Shown here: piece by piece, positions 50,401-62,600 of the stretch | How the letters are laid out: each line of letters begins with the position of its first letter | Numbering within the stretch: position 1 is the stretch's first letter | DNA from: Ramazzottius varieornatus | Lineage: Eukaryota > Animalia > Tardigrada | Assembly: GCA_001949185.1 (NCBI GenBank) | Contig: BDGG01000001.1 | Location: 5,321,624 to 5,385,623 of the forward strand | Reading direction: 5' to 3' | DNA: 64,000 bases | Made by a program: the position numbers and the translations under genes | Notes under the pieces: generated by a model | Told to the model about the DNA's origin: nothing | Seen by the model: the letters and a program-made list of their open reading frames with translations, nothing else | The model's database searches: none

Positions 50401-52303
50401 GAAACCACGAAAGACCAATATTGTACCGCGATGGTTTTGAAGAATAAATATGAGGAATTTGTATAAATTTTCTTTTTGTAGAATTTCTAGAGCAAATATT
50501 TTGAAAATGAAAATTGAACAGCAATTTCAACTGGGTTTCTTGTGATTTACAAAGTGGGTGAATGAAACGGTGGTAATGGATAGTGAAAAGTACAATACTT
50601 TCTCGTTGAATGGCGCCCATAAAATAATGATCGCATTATTGGGCCGCTTTGACCACTTCTGATCTATGTAAATTTGCAGGGCGTGATCAAAGTGTACTGC
50701 GGCGTGCTGCGACCGGATGTGGACTACAAAACGCTCTTTATCTCCAACTATACTTCCTCCCGAGGTACAACGGACTTTTCTTGTTCCACAACTTTCTCCT
50801 CATCAAAGAAACGTCTTTGTCAAAAGCGCAACTGTTTATTCTATTTTCTAAAGATGTTGTGGAAATGCTACTGCGCAAGTGTAAAATCCGCAACCGTGAT
50901 GCTAACCTGTACTACCTGACAATGGACATCTCCCTTCAATGCATGGATTCAGGTATGTGTGATTTCGAATCTGCCAGAAGCTTTCTTGTATCATTCTGAG
51001 TAGCATAATCTGGCGTGAGAAGAGAGTCAAGGGGTGGCCATTGCGTGGTCGTGGGATATCCGCCGATTATTAGACACAACCAACGCCGGCTTCTGTATGT
51101 TTCCGTCTTGTTCTCATCGCTGCAAACTGACCCATTGTGACCACTGGTTATTCGTTGCTGGTTTAGTCAAGCTTTTCGACGCTGAGAAACTATCCATATC
51201 TCGTCGAGAGATTATTATGGATGATTGCAGGATATCATAAGGGTGTCTCACGAAGCGTGGAAATATAATGGGCTTGTTGATGTACTTGTAGGTACCCTCG
51301 TGACCAGCTTTGTCGTATTGGAGGACGAAGCTCAACCACTGGATCTCAAAACCTGCCAACCAACCCACTCTCACCTACAGTTCACCCTACGTTGTAAAGA
51401 AGGCGGACTCTTGAAGGTTCACGATTCCTGTCTGAATCAAATGGTAAGTTAACTTCCGGTTGATCGACCAACCGGAAGTGGGTTCTCCGTGGAGTCCTTT
51501 AGTTCTGGATTGAAGCAACCAGTGTTTCCTTTGTAGTCTCGATACAAGAGCCTGTTGATAGCAGAGGAAACTACGGTGGAAGAAGTTATCCGGTTGCTTC
51601 TAAGCTGCCACGATTCATCGGAATCACCTGACGACTTTCTTCTTAGTGAAGTGCTCCACGTGGAAGGCAAACATGACTGTAAGTAAAGAGCTTACCTTAT
51701 TTACCTCATCTTGCATGTCTCAATCAGTGGTACTTTGCATGCTTTGCATTGTGATAACTGGCAGGAATATGAAACTAATTGTATGCCTTTGTTCTGCTGG
51801 ACAGATGAGCGCGCACTGCATCCCCAGGACATGCCCCTCCTTCTCCTTCAGGCGCATGGACACTGGCCCAACGATACCGACACCTGCTCCTTCCATCTCC
51901 GCCGAGCCGCACCCTTACTTTCCTCATCCCCTTTCTTCTCGCCTTCACCTCAACCTCAGCTGGACTTGGCGTCAGCCGCGCACGACTTGATTAATGAGCA
52001 GATGCCTCAAGATGAATCTCGTTTGACGGACGACCATACCTCGCCTTGCCTTCTGCCGAAAACGATCTCGTCCACAGAAAGTATTCAGGTAATTCACTAC
52101 CGAATTTTTTAAGACGAAACAGGATTTTCAGGGAGGCTGGGACGGGCCGGTACGTGTCAATTTACAGTATAACCGGGGTATCTATGTTTCTGCAGGAAGG
52201 ACAAAGGTTCTTGGAGAAGCTCCTGGTGGCGCCCACTACAGTCGCCTCTTGCCTTTACGGGAAGAATGTGTGCAGTGATTATCAGAACTACGTCTACATT
52301 TAG
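47428..52303 (+). CDS. rau: Two Ras-association (RA) domain protein, rau-like; multi-exon with ~3-kb first intron
   Basis: GVIKVYCGVLRPDVDYKTLFIS...DVVEMLLRKCKIRNRDANLYYLTMDI (RA1); GGLLKVHDSCL..SRYKSLLIAEETTVEEVIRLLL (RA2); C-terminal DYQNYVYI*. Confidence 0.78.
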
Positions 52304-52877
52304 GAGAAGGAAGTCCTCTCTATTGTTTTCAGACATTTTTCCTCGAGTCTATGTTGTTAGAAGTCTTTTTTGTACGTTGTTTATCGAAGTCTTTAGCTTC
52401 GTTGCATTGCCGATAGCTGCGGATGCGTTCGTTGATTTCTTTGTAAGCAGGCTCGCATAGCGATCTGTACAGGACATAGCTGGCATGTTGCGCAAACCAA
52501 AATAAACACCATTGTTCGCATAGTCCAGCTGTCTCCCCACTCCAGAGTCTTGGCACGAACGGTGAACTATGATGGACAAGTACGGTGGACATTCTAACGA
52601 GATGGTATACAGTTTTCCTGTGCGTCAGAGAGCCAACTACTTGCCACAGCGCAGATGCGTAATGTACCGTGACGTCACAACTCTTATAGGGGTGGCGGTG
52701 CGCTTCGCTTGATTGTTGATTGGAATGACAATTGGCAGTTTTCTATATTAACGTTTTTGATTTGGACGGTTTTTCAGAGGGCAAACGTTTCTTCCTTTTC
52801 GGCGTCTTTTCGTCCAGTGCTTTGTGCTCGATGCGCGGAAAGTTTTATGCTAGTTCAGTCATTGTTTCAGACTTCGA

Positions 52878-55800
52878 ATGGAGCTCCGAAAGCGGACTGC
52901 ACAACCGAAGAAGACGGCAACGAGGGGTGCTGGAGAAGAGGACGATGGTCCAGTGAAAGATGATTCCAGCCAGTCTGACGCTCACCTTTCTGACTCGGAC
53001 AGTAGCACGGAGGAAGAAGGCGATCCCGCAGAGAAGCCAGCAACATCGAAGCGTAAATGCGGAGGAGACAGAGGTGCAAAATCTGCTGCAGGGGCTGCCA
53101 GACGCTTCTGCTGCCCAGGTTAGTTCAATCGTTTGTCATAAATCGTGCTTTAGCAGCTTTACGATGATATGCTATACCTCTGCTTGCAGAATGCCCGAAG
53201 TCGTTCCATCTGGAAGGTCACCTACTAATCCATACAAAGAAACATACAGGTCGGTGTCTTGGCAGTGAGCTTAGGTTCGATCGCGAAGAAAGCAGTTGTT
53301 TGTATGCAGGAGAACGACGACATGTCTGTAAATTTCCTGGCTGCGACTTTCGGGCAGCCGTAAAATCAGTGATGACTTCCCACGAGCGCCAGCATACGGG
53401 TAAGGTACTTCGGACCGTCGATGTCACGTTCGACCATGTGGGTCTCGAAAAGCAGGTTCGCTTTCTTCGTGTAGGTGAGAAGTCGTACAAATGTTCCTTC
53501 GCCGGATGTACATTCGCAGCGGAGCTGTGGGCTCCTTTGAAGATGCACGAACGCCGTCATAACGGTAACCAACCTCTCTTTTTCAAGGAGCATCAACATC
53601 ATAGACCTCTCTTCCAAATTGTGACGATGAGGTGATATTCTCCGTAGGTGAGAAGCCGTACGTATGTGGAATTGAAGGCTGTTCGTACCGCGGTATTCAA
53701 CGGACCGCTCTGCTCAGCCACATCACAACAAACCATCCTCAAAATGGTACGCACTGATTTCCCGACGAAAGTGAGATGCTGTTATCTTTCTATCGGATTT
53801 GACATCACAAGCGAGACGTCCGCTTATGCCTAACATCCCTTTTCACATGGTGTGTTGCAGTGTACAAGGACGCCGTTGGCTTTTAAGGAGCAGTGGTGGA
53901 CCCAAGTCAGCCTCCCGTCGACCTTTTGGCTGGCCAAGCTGTCACCTTGAGAAAGGGCCCACCGGTGGAAAGGAAGAGGAAGACCGATTCAAAGGAGCTA
54001 CCAGCCAAAGCTTCGACTTCATTTCGCCGCCGGACGTGGTAGCGAAGGAAGCTGTAAGCCACGGCGAACCGCAATCGGCAAAGAACATTGAGCTCAGCGC
54101 AGACCAGGTCAGTGTCTTGATGGCCGAAGGGAAGCTTTTCGTATCGGTACCTATGTTGACAAGTGCAGTTTCGTCTCTCGAATGAAAGAAGTCATGTTCG
54201 ACCATCTGCAGAATCACGGTGTGTTTCTCAGTCACCACTGAAAACGTCAGGTTTCTATCGACTGTCAGACAAAAATTTTCACGATCATTTGCAGCGCTGA
54301 ACCAACAACCTCACCTTTGCGGTATCGATGGATGCCTCGTGAGAGCCCTGTCTCGACGAGCTCTGGAAGTCCACCTTCGCAAAGAGCATCCGAAAAAAGG
54401 TAGGAGTATTTTATGTCGGTGAATGAATTCACCCAGATGGCTTTCCCGAGTGGCGCTCGCTCTTAGCCAGTAACAACAGAAACGTACGCCACATGAGATG
54501 ACGATGTCGGCAAAATCGTATGCCGAACGACTGTGTGCTGATCCATGTTCGGACTGCAGCTGTGTTTGAGTTGATTGAATTTGTGTTGCTTCGCAGGGCT
54601 GGAAGACACAAAAATGAGAAAATACCGCTTTGCCTGTTCCGTTCAGGGATGCATACTTAGCTTCCGCAGGGAGTGTGACTTGAGAGCCCACCTCACAGAT
54701 CATCACGGTATGTCCGTCTATTTCCCGGTCGACTCTAAAGAGGTCCTCAGTAAAACAAAGCTTGTACGAGAAACATTCTCCTTCGACGAAGAGTTCCTTT
54801 GTCATATCTGTCGCTCTAGGTCCGAGGAAGCACGTGTGTGGAATCGTGTGTGGAATCGTGTGTGGAATCGTGGAGCAGTGCTGAAGTGCTTACAGAACCT
54901 CTCGGGCCACGTTCAAAAGCGTCATCCGGGATTCAGTAAGCCCTTACGATGACAGAGCTGCTGCTTTTGCCAGTGAAATGCCTCATTTGGTTTCTGTTGC
55001 CTTTAGCAATGGACGATACCCTCAGAGGACGCCTTGGAGAAAGCATAGCACAGTACGACGCCCACGAGCTCATCGAGAAGTACCGGCTGGTCAAAGTATC
55101 AGACTGCACTTTCGCCCGTCCACATGCTACCGCCACAGGCTTCACAGCTGTTTGTTCCTTCTCCTGCACCGACAAGGCCAGGATGGATGAGCACAGGAAG
55201 TTGGTCCACGGTGGTACGTGGCTCATTCTTGTCCTTTTGCGAACAGGCTAACCAAATGATGACCCGTTTCTTCTTCCAGGCGACAAGCCTTTCGTCTGCG
55301 GCATCGATGCCTGCTTCCATCGTTGTAAAGGCACGGGCAGTCTGAAAATTCACGTCAAGTCTTGCCACCCAAACGCAAGTAACTGTGCTGTTTTTCGGAG
55401 GCATACAGGGCGTAATTATCATGCTAAGACTCAATTTTTCCCCTGATTTTCCACCGGTAATATTTGAAAATCCTGACTGCAGACTACCAAAGAGATGCGG
55501 CGAAACGCGAGTTCTTGAAGAATTTCGCTGTAGCAGACAGCCCTTCCGGCCAGGTTGCTGCAGAAATTGAGTCGGAAGACTCATCTGCAAGTGAATCTGT
55601 ATCCTCCGAGTCGTCGGAAGGTTCTGCCGATAGTGAAATCTATAAGCAGTGTGAAGAGAACGCACTGGACTTGGGCTCCCATAGGATCCTAGTTGATACC
55701 CTAGAGAATAAATCTCACCTCCCAAAAGCATCGAACGAAATTAGCAGCGTCAATGAAGGCAACAATGGTCAGTTTGACTGTGAGATGAGGGAGTTGGAAT

Positions 55801-56260
55801 TAGCGACGATCAAAGCTTTGCCCGAAGAAAACGTGGAGCTTGTCCAGTATCCCGTGAGTTCGCTGTTGGGTGAAATAAGCTCGAAGGAGCTTCGTGTTTT
55901 CGAACCGTCTATTCCGGCTGACAGTCGAGTGGCGAATGTCGCAGGTGCTGCGCGGCTGTATCTGGTTGGTTTGGTTCATAAAGAAATCACGGGAAGGTTC
56001 CACTGTAAGTAACAGGAATAACGCCCTGTTCGATGCCGATGTCGAAGAACGGGGTGCAGCAGTTCGGCTGTTTTGTGACTTTTGAAGACCTTGAAGGGTA
56101 TGTAAGGAGCTCAAGTTGCTTTTTCGTCAGAGTTTCTCGCACGTTTTACAAAATTGGTTGTTTAAGCCAATATGCCTCTTGTTCACAGATTACTGAAACT
56201 CCTTCCGGCGAGCTTGGTGACTTCATCCCAACTGTAAATTTCTCTCGACCGATCCGTGAA
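52878..56260 (+). pseudogene. Multi-exon C2H2 zinc-finger gene, copy 1 (roughly one finger per exon), with in-frame stop
   Basis: CKFPGCDFRAAVKSVMTSHERQHTG, EKSYKCSFAGC, EKPYVCGIEGC etc.; TAA at 53884-53886 where the paralog has GAG. End approximate. Confidence 0.75.
54833..54872 (+). repeat. 12-bp tandem repeat (CGTGTGTGGAAT) x3.3
   Basis: Read directly from the sequence. Confidence 0.95.
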
Positions 56261-56469
56261 TTCTTTACCACTAAAAGTGCTCTTTCAAGATCTTACCGTT
56301 CATTCTGCTGTATAAAAATCTTTGTGATGGTTTTTTTCCCCTTTTCCCCTCGAGCTCCTGCTTATGGCCTATTTAACTGTCTACAGTAATTTTAAACTTC
56401 GTTCTGCTGAGCCATTCAAGAGAGTTTCTAGACCGCCTTCCTATTTGAAAAAGTCGTCTACTTACACCG

Positions 56470-59400
56470 GTAGACGCTACAAATGTCCAGGTTGGCAGCG
56501 ACCGAAGACCAAAGGCTGTTCTAATCGTCTGTGAGGTATCCACGTTTTCGGTTAATTTACAGAAGAAGGTTGTCCGAAGTCGTCCCTAAAGAGGTTCATC
56601 TGCTAGTCCATTTCCAAAAGCATACAGGTGAACGCAGCGAAGTGAACAAGGTTATGTCATCGGACGATATCCCGTACAGTAGATATCCTGGCTGCGACTT
56701 CCGGGCGGCTGTCAAGTCAGTACTGACCTCCCATGAACGCCAGCATACGGGTTAGGCACTCTTAACTTTGACGCTCTTACGAATTAGTTATCGATAAGCA
56801 TTTCTGCCTGTCAGGTGAGAAGCCGTACAAATGTTCCTTTGCCGGATGTCCCGTTGCATTCAAACAATGGGCTCCTTTGAAAATACACGAACGACACCAT
56901 ACAGGTAAGTTCTCGGTTCCTCGACAACATGGGCCTTGTACGGATTTTCATAGCTTGCAGGGGAGAAGCCGTATGTGTGTGTGGCATCGACGATTGTCTG
57001 TATCGCGGAATGCAAAGAACTTCCCTCGTAGCACATGTCGCGCTACATCGTCCGAAAAATGGTAGGTTCGATTAAACATATCTGCCGCGGTGCAACAGTT
57101 TTTTGTTATCCCCTACCGTCTCCTTTAAACTAAAGTTCAGATGAAGATGGCGAGCGTTTTTTTCCGTTGCAGCTTTCAAAGACGCGGTAGGATTCGAGGA
57201 GGTCGAGGTGGACCCAATTCGGCCTCACGTCGATCTTCTGGCTGGCAAACCTCCGAGTCTCAAGAAGGGACAGCTAGGGACAAACACAGACCGACGGCAC
57301 CGCCGGTGGTTAAGGCTTTGGATTCTTCAGCTTCGGAAAAGATGACAAGAGAGATGTTTTTGTGCGATGAATCAGGCTTGGGGGAAGAAGAGGCAGTTGC
57401 TAGAGAGACGAGGGTAGCGGGGGAACCCCGAGTTGACAGAGGAGGAGATTGAGAATCTCATGGCCAAGCTTGAACCGACCAGTGTACAGAAGGGAAACAG
57501 GCTCTACAAGAGACTGTACCAATGTCCGCTGCATCATTGTGAGCTCACTTGCCGCCTGAAGGAAAAGATGATCGATCACCTTCACAGCCATGGTAATGCA
57601 GCTTCATTACTTACTCACCCCCTTTGATGAGACTCTCTTGTCACGATATGTTGCTCAATAGGAACGAACCACCGCGAGCGACACCTTTGTGGTATTGGCG
57701 GATGCGCTGTGAGATTTCCTTTTCTCGAGAACCTGAAAGCCCACGTCCGCAAGGAGCACCCCGGAAAAGGTACGCCAACCAGGGCCTCATTTGGGGAAAC
57801 TCGTCAAGACTGTTTTTCCACGTGGCGCACGCTTCCAGCCGATTACACGGAAGAGGTGCGCCACTTGGAAAAGCAGTCATGCCGATTTTGTTTGCCGAGC
57901 TCCCGTTCCATGAATTCCATAATACTCCTAAGACTTTGAAATGCAGGTGAATGGTTGGGTTACGAATGAATTAGCGGTGGTTTTTTTACAGAATTGGAAG
58001 ACACTGAAATGAGGAAACATCGTTTCGCCTGCACTGTGGAAGGCTGTGTCGCTAACTTAGCTTCCGCCAGGAAGGCGAGCTGAAAGCTCACACTACTAAT
58101 CGGTACGGTGAGTTTATCTACATGGCTGCAAGAGCCGGGTGGCTTTGTATTGATAGCTGAGAAGTTTTCCACTCCTGACAGGTTTGCACGTCTGTGGAAT
58201 TGGACGTTGCGATGAAATCTCGGCGAACCCGGAGAGGCCGCGTGCTCACAAAGCCGTCACTCAGGATGCGGTAACTTGAACAGGCTGTACGTACTGGTCT
58301 GACTGCAAGTGACGTGCATAATTCAGTGATGGAGGACACGTTGAAAGGACGCCTTGGAGAAAGCATACTCCAGTACAGCGTTGCTAAATTGACGGAGAAG
58401 TTCGGCTTGGTCAAAGTGCTGTATTGTCCATATCGCTCAAGATGGGCTACTGCGACAGGACACAACACGCCGTGCCCCTTCACCTGCAGCGACAAGGCCC
58501 GGATGGATGAGCACAGGAAGTTGGTCCATGGCGGTACGTTTACTCCGATCCTTCTTTGATAGACTGACAACATGGTGATCTCTCTCTTCCTGCAGATGAC
58601 AAGCCTTTCCTCAGTGGCATCGATGCCTGCCTCTACCGCTGCAAGAACTCAACTCGGTTGAGGACGCACGTCCTTGGTGTTCACCCCCACGCAGGTAAGT
58701 CTCTTGGCTTCTCCGTTTGCAGTGTGGTGCCGACGAGGGTCTCTTTGAGCGGCGACTATCCGCACGAGGTTCGTCATAGCCTAAGAGTGTTTTCATCGTT
58801 TGCAGAGTACGAAAGGGACGCGGTGAAGCGAGTGTTTATAGGCTCCGCTACGCCCGAAGCGGACGCCTCTTTCGAGCAGAACAGTGCGGAAACCGGATGG
58901 CAATGGCACTCAGTTCTACGCTAGAGCATTGGAACCCTCGGAGGCCGAACAGTGCAGTGAAATGGTCAACGAGGGTGATGTGGACAGGGAAGACTTGGCC
59001 TTTCAGAGAGTTCTTGTTGACATTTTAGAGAACGCGTCCGCGCTCCAGAATGTACTGACTGATCTAGCCGACGTTGTCGATGCCAAGGGGGGCTGCTTCG
59101 ATAATGAAATGGGTGGCGCGCAAGAGACGGTGAACGCCGACAGTGCGCAACACCCGACAAAGCTGCTGCGAAGTGCAGCTATCTCGATGGCGCTAAATCC
59201 TTTTGTTCCGCCTGCCCTTGCGTCGAGGATGCCTCGTTGTCAGCGCAGGTTCACCTGGTGGGTCTAAACGACAAAAACAGCGTGGCTAGATTTCAGATGA
59301 AGGTGACTGCAATGACTCGTTGTTCGGTGCCGGTATCGAAGAGCGGGATGCAACAGGTTGGCTACTTCGTCACGTTTGAGGAACTCGAAAGGTCAGCACC

Positions 59401-59520
59401 TCCCTTTCAGATTTCAGTAGTAACCTGAACAAGTGTGTTTCTTCAGCGCGCAGATTGGAAAAGCATCTTCCCCAAGTGTGGTCTCCGCACCTCCACTGCA
59501 AAGCTCACGTGTAAAGTTGT
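56470..59520 (+). pseudogene. Tandem paralog C2H2 zinc-finger gene, copy 2, degenerate
   Basis: Exon-by-exon similarity to copy 1 (GCDFRAAVKSVLTSHERQHTG; DTLKGRLGESI; DKARMDEHRKLVHG; GYFVTFEELE); frameshift near 58070 and a lost Cys near 58610. Boundaries approximate. Confidence 0.72.
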
Positions 59521-59678
59521 TTCCTACCGACAGTTGCGCTCAAGCTTTTACTGTTTTTTTCCACATACGCATCTACGGCTTTCTTTCAGATTTTCTTTTC
59601 GGAACGAGCATTGCTCCTTTTTGTTTCAAGGCTAACAAAGACCAGTAATGGACAGAGTGGGATATTCTGGCGGAGAAC

Positions 59679-62600
59679 TTAGGCAGAATGCGAGCAAGAC
59701 GGACTGCTCTTATCCGTGGACGAAGTGGCCGCTTCATCCGATAATACCGACTGACAGCCCACCGAAAAGTATCGCCCGGTGGTATATTTTCTCTTCCCTT
59801 CTAAAGTCTCCTCAGGTTCCGGTGACCTGAGAAGCAGTTGGTCCAGTTGCAGGAAAGGCTTCCTCAAAGGCGGACAACTCCACGGCGTCTCCGAATAGTC
59901 GTTGGGCCATATCCTCATCTCGTCTCGAGGCTTCCACACCTGTTCCAGCTCATTGACGGTATCGTAACAGGCCAACGTGTCCACATCGTGGAACTCACAC
60001 GACAACATTCTCGTAATGTTCAGTTCGCGCATGACAGGTGGCATATGGTCCGACTCGACACTGTCCGTCATCTTTGCGTCACCCACTGTCTGGGACTGGA
60101 CACTCCGCACCGTCTTGCGGATGGATGTCTCTCGTTGCATCGTCGGGCTTTGTGTACTGTGGTAGTTACCCAGTTGGCGTAGTAAGTCTTGCAAGGAAGA
60201 TGACCGTTCGGTGCTAAGGGGGGTGAGGGCTGAAGAGGGGCGGGAAGGGTGGTGAGGTAGCGTGGAACCGTACGTTGGTTTCATGTGTCTTCGGCTCACG
60301 GATGAGTGGTGGGAACGGTGAACAGGACAGTGGTGGACGGTGGAAGGCGATGAATCAGGGTACAGCGTAAAGTGAGGTGTCGGAAGTTCTTCGGGACTGA
60401 TGTTGTCGTAGTATGGGTTGACGTGGCCGTGAGCACGACAAAACGAAGGAGGACGGGTAGAGTAATGTGATGAATGCGAGGTTGGGTACGGTCGTCTGCC
60501 TGCTCGACAACTAGCTCGATCTGAAAACAACAACAGTCTATATGGAGCGCTATGTCAAGTGGCGCATATATTCACTGTTCTTGGCTGGGAAAGTGCGCTG
60601 CTCAAGATAACGATCTTGTACGCTTGGTTTGCTTAACTCTCACACTATCATTGATTCATGGTTCAAATCTGGGGCGTATAATGGTGCAAATATGCGCTGC
60701 TGGGAACTTACGTAGATGGTGGTAGGTCCGAGATCGTTGGTGGTGGTGGTTTCGAGTGAGGTGGGCTGTGGAGGAGGCGTAACTGTTGGCTGCAGAGGGA
60801 CTATCCGTCGTGCTGGTGGACCCATCTTCGTTGTCCGTGGCACTGCGAGCATGCGGCGAGTCCAACAATTGCTCTTGCCCGGCTTCCGTTGGTACGCGAG
60901 AAAAAATCATGGCCGCCATGAACATGAGGAGAAACAGAGCGATCAGGCCAGCCATGATCAATAACATCATGAAGTTATCCCACATGCTGGTCATGGCACT
61001 GGATTGCAGGTTGAGGTTGTGTGCCAGGACGTTCTTCTTCCAGGCCTCGAGGTTCTCGTGGTCAAGTGCGGAAGAGTTGTAATAGCGGGAGTGGACACCT
61101 CGTGGACGGGCTCGAGGTAACAGTTGGCTGCAGTCTGGTCCGTGGAAGTCGGTGTCGCAAGAACATTCATTGAGGTCGTTGCATTCACCTTGACCGGAAC
61201 AGGGCGTGGACGGCTTGTTGGACGGACATTGGGCGGGTGGGGTGATGTCGTGAATTGGGATGCAGGCTTGGTGTAGGCAGATTCTGTTGTGGCCACATTT
61301 CGAACCGTCCTTCGTCCAGGCAGAATCGGGCTAAAAAAACTCACCGGTAACTTTGCAGTGTCTTCTCGACCACACAACACCAAAGTACCGTAGAAAACGG
61401 GCAAAGTATGGCTCCTATAGTCTCGTACAATACAACTGACTGAAAAAAGGATGACAGGGCACATTGAAAATTATACATGTAGTCCGTTTCCATTCTACGA
61501 GTGCGTGGAAGTTTTCGGCAAATTGTTTTGGTTGAGACGTTTAGTGGTTGCTATGCTGTACAGTAGATAGATGAAAGTGTAGTTAGTTCAGTCGTTGCTC
61601 ACCCAAGTCAATGTCGCAGACGGCTGGAGAGTTTTACACTGGAAGTTTTTCCCTGGATTGATGGTCACGTGCGTAATGGACGGAGAATAGCCCTGCAGTT
61701 CTACGGGAAGAGGTTTAATGGCTCCTCCTTGGCAGTGCACCAGTCCACAGATACCAGCGTCCGAGTCCACGCTAATATGCTCGGTGCATTCAAGAGCCGC
61801 TTGCTTGCTGTCGGGTCCCCAAATGTCGTGGCACTGCTCGTCGCGCCCAACACACGTGCGGTTGAAGCAGTAGCTGGTCTTGTCGTCACACAGCTCTCCG
61901 TTACGTTGGAAGCCATCCCGTGGACAGTGGGAAGACACACCGGTGCAGTACTCAGGCAAATCGCAGTCGTCGGCTTCCTCGCGGCACAAGGTCCCCGCAC
62001 TTTTGAACTGTTCAAGGAAGTCTTTTGCAAAATACCGATCGTAGCAGTTGTTCAATCTCAATCAGCTCTTTCCCGAATATTTCAAAACTATGTCATCGAT
62101 AAAAATAAAAGATAGACCCAGGTTAATTTTAAGTCACACGATACTTTTTCTTCCTACATTTAAAGTCAGTAGCGCTTCAGCCGAGTTTCTAATTGTTCCC
62201 TTTCTACTTTTGATTGCTACTGTATATTGCATGGTTGCAGGTTGCAACGTACCTTGCATTCTGGAGTGCAGCATGGTCCATGTGAGCACTGGGCGCCATC
62301 TACCAAACGGCACGTCAGCGGATCACAGCAGGAATGGCGACCCAGACAAGCGACATCGGCTCCGCAGTCACAGTCTTCGTCGGGGTCCACCACGCCATTC
62401 CCACACAGTAAGGCCACCGGGTCGGGTATAGGTCCGGGAAAAGGCGAGTCTACAAGGCACGTGCCAGCTCCACGCTGCAGGGTATCCAGTAAATCATCCT
62501 GACCACACGAGGAAAACACCGGTCGTCTTCTTGCTGTCTCCCCTAATCTTGAACAGAAATGCACCGATATCTTGATCTTGAAACCGAAAGTATTTGCATG

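Noticed and set aside
47640-50670. Short ORFs in the long first intron of the rau-like gene
   Set aside because: No recognisable motifs; lengths are consistent with chance.
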